The notes under the pieces were generated by a model. It ran no database searches, was not told where the DNA came from, and was given only the letters and a program-made list of their open reading frames with translations. The position numbers were made by a program, and so were the translations under genes. DNA of 64,000 bases from an uncultured delta proteobacterium. Lineage in GTDB: Bacteria > Desulfobacterota > Syntrophia > Syntrophales > UBA5619. The stretch lies in the NCBI GenBank assembly GCA_963817385.1, contig CAWFOM010000031.1, positions 1 through 64,000 on the forward strand. The letters are read 5' to 3'. Positions within the stretch are counted from its first letter, which is position 1, and the number at the start of each line of letters is the position of its first letter. Of the stretch, positions 61,825 through 64,000 are shown piece by piece.

Positions 61825-62622
61825 ATGCAGCAGTTTCTGAAGGACCTGCTTACCAAGGCAAGGGTTTTCGACCTCGGGATGCCGTACTTTACCGGCATGC
61901 CGCACCATCCGAACCAGCCGCCCTTTGCTTACACCCTGACCAAGAAACACGGCGACATTACCCTTACGGAAGAGAAGGTGAGCTTCTGCAACGACCTCTT
62001 CGTCATGGGGGGGCATACGGGGACGCACCTGGATGCCAAAGCTCATGTGGCGTGCCGCTCCATCGTCTGCGACAATGTCGACATCACGGACCTCCAGGGC
62101 TATCAGGACGGTCTTCACGTCATGGGCATCGACACGACGCCGCCCATCGTGAGAAGGGGGGTGCTCCTTGACATCCCCCGTTTAGTCGGCCTTGAAGTGC
62201 TGCCGTACGACTTCGGCATCGGAAAGGACGAGATAGAGCGCGCCGCCGAGGCCACAGGCGTGGAGATCGCCGAGGGCGATGTGGTCCTCGTGAGAACGGG
62301 ATGGATCACGTACTGGAACGACCGGCAGAAATACGTCTCCATCGAGAAGGGGACGCCGGGTGTGATCGAGAGCGGCGCACGCTATCTTGCGGAGAAGAAG
62401 ATTGCCTTTACCGGTTCCGATACGGCAGCCTACGACAGGGTTCCCCCCCACCATCTGCCGTGCCATGTGATCCTTCTGGTACAGAACGGAATTCAGATCA
62501 TGGAAATGCTCAATCTCGAAGAGCTGGCCCGGGAAGGGGTTTTTACTTTCCTCTTCATCGCCCTTCCTCTGAAAATAAAGGGAGGGGCAGGGTCCCCCAT
62601 AAGGCCGATCGCCATCGTATAA
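61825..62622 (+). CDS. Cyclase family metal-dependent hydrolase (kynurenine formamidase-like)
   Basis: HTGTHLDAKAH, GVLLD, GDVVLVRTGW, IMEMLNL, PLKIKGGAGSPIRP. Confidence 0.9.
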   Translation: MQQFLKDLLTKARVFDLGMPYFTGMPHHPNQPPFAYTLTKKHGDITLTEEKVSFCNDLFVMGGHTGTHLDAKAHVACRSIVCDNVDITDLQGYQDGLHVMGIDTTPPIVRRGVLLDIPRLVGLEVLPYDFGIGKDEIERAAEATGVEIAEGDVVLVRTGWITYWNDRQKYVSIEKGTPGVIESGARYLAEKKIAFTGSDTAAYDRVPPHHLPCHVILLVQNGIQIMEMLNLEELAREGVFTFLFIALPLKIKGGAGSPIRPIAIV

Positions 62623-62686
62623 GTTTGGATGCTTGTTCTGAATAATTATGGTATGGATACCGATATCAATCACAGGAGGTGTTAGG

Positions 62687-63688
62687 ATGAAATTCGCAAC
62701 GCGCCAATGGTTGAGGATGGGAATGGGGACGGTCGGTGGAGTGAGCTTCTTCCTCCTGGTCTACATGCTTGCTGTGCCGGGCTTTGCCCCGGCTCAGGAA
62801 AAGTATCCCTCCAAACCGATCAATTTCGTTATCGGCTATCCCGCGGGGGGGACTACGGATATCTGCGCCCGGCCGCTCGTAAGCGCCGCCTCCAAGATAC
62901 TGGGGCAGCCGGTCGTGGTGGTCAACAAGCCGGGGGGCGGTTCGGCGGTCGCCGTCGCCCTCCTGAAGACCGAGAAGCCCGACGGGTATACGATCGGCAT
63001 TCTGCCCAGCGGCGCGGTCCTGAGCCAGCACATGCGTAAAGTCCCCTACGACTCGGCCCAGGATTTCACCCCGATCATGCAGTACGCCGTCTACCTCTAC
63101 GGGCTGGTCGTGCAGTCGGATTCACCCTGGAAGACCCTCAAGGAGTTCATCGACTACGCCAAGGCCAACCCGGGGAAGATCCGCTATGCCACGGCCGGAC
63201 CAGGGACGCCGCAGCATCTGGTCATGGAGCGATTGGCGATCCAGGAAAAGATCAAATGGACCCACGTTCCCTTCGATGGCGGAAACCCGGCGGTCTCGGC
63301 CCTGTTGGGGGGCCACGTAGAGGCGATCTCCCAGACCACGGAATGGAAAAAACATGTGGAGTCGGGGCGGCTGCGGCTCTTGGCGGTCTACGGAGAAACA
63401 CGGATGACCGATTTCCCCAATGCGCCGACCCTGCTTGAGATGGGCTATAAGATCACCGCCCCCAGCCTGATCTCCATCATCGGCCCCAAGGGGCTCCCCC
63501 CCCAGGTTGTCGACACGCTGCACGGGGCCTTCAAAAAGGCGATGGACGATCCTGATTTCATCAAAATAGGCAATCAGACGGATCAACCCCTCCTCTACCG
63601 GGGTCCCCAGGACCTGGAGAAGCACCTGGTCCAGATGAACCAAGAGGTCGGAGCGTTGATCCAAAGCCTGGGTCTGCGGAAAGAGTAA
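62687..63688 (+). CDS. tctC: TctC/Bug periplasmic substrate-binding protein
   Basis: YPSKPI..YPAGGTTD, NKPGGG, PDGYT, LLGGHV. Confidence 0.92.
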   Translation: MKFATRQWLRMGMGTVGGVSFFLLVYMLAVPGFAPAQEKYPSKPINFVIGYPAGGTTDICARPLVSAASKILGQPVVVVNKPGGGSAVAVALLKTEKPDGYTIGILPSGAVLSQHMRKVPYDSAQDFTPIMQYAVYLYGLVVQSDSPWKTLKEFIDYAKANPGKIRYATAGPGTPQHLVMERLAIQEKIKWTHVPFDGGNPAVSALLGGHVEAISQTTEWKKHVESGRLRLLAVYGETRMTDFPNAPTLLEMGYKITAPSLISIIGPKGLPPQVVDTLHGAFKKAMDDPDFIKIGNQTDQPLLYRGPQDLEKHLVQMNQEVGALIQSLGLRKE

Positions 63689-63701
63689 CGGTCCGGATTC
63701 C

Positions 63702-64000
63702 ATGGCCAAGTTCAACAACGACCAGGTCAGCGGGGCGATCTGGATTGTCGTCGGCATCGCGGTCGCCCTCGGCTCCCTGCGCTACGGCCTCGGGCCGCTC
63801 GAATCCCCCGGTACGGGCTTTTTACCATTCCTGGCCGGTTGCGCCATCGCTTTGCTGGCGTTGATCGGACTGGTCCAATCGACCCTCAAGCGACGCAAGG
63901 GGGCCGGGTGGACGCCGATCTTGCGGGGAGTTCGCTGGCAAAAACCGCTTCTCGTCATGGCGGCCCTTCTTGCCTATGCCCTCCTGATGAAGCCCTTGGG
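63702..64000 (+). CDS. tctB: TctB small subunit, runs off the window end
   Basis: MAKFNNDQVSG..YGLGPLESPGTGFLPF, hydrophobic. Confidence 0.8.
   Translation, partial: MAKFNNDQVSGAIWIVVGIAVALGSLRYGLGPLESPGTGFLPFLAGCAIALLALIGLVQSTLKRRKGAGWTPILRGVRWQKPLLVMAALLAYALLMKPL

Overview
64 kb of bacterial DNA with a deltaproteobacterial (Desulfobacterota-like) gene set, in three compositionally different parts. (1) 1-~20,920, very GC-rich and full of REP/MITE-like palindromes. It carries glycosyltransferases, a flippase, an AT-rich TcmP + DUF5131 cassette, an O-methyltransferase, an SxtJ/DUF5989/carbamoyltransferase trio, a CheB-CheR-PAS-kinase, nadE, a lactonase-like MBL hydrolase and a PDZ-less HtrA protease. 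(2) ~20,920-24,900, lower GC and heavily broken: the 3' remnant of a large gene (possibly Avs3a/STAND-like) and an IS3 element. (3) ~24,900-64,000, different codon style. It carries a sigma54-driven amtB-glnK-HTH unit followed by a NifA-like regulator, a type II secretion cluster (gspFGHIJKLMNC-exeA-B-like-DE), three tripartite tricarboxylate transporter sets with catabolic genes, and an AT-richer VanZ-LamG/ExeA-LysM-SPOR pair. About a dozen genes have single-base frameshifts, mostly +1, which look like long-read consensus errors. The junction at ~20,920 may be a chimeric assembly. No rRNA, tRNA or CRISPR array was seen. All family calls come from motif recognition, not database searches.
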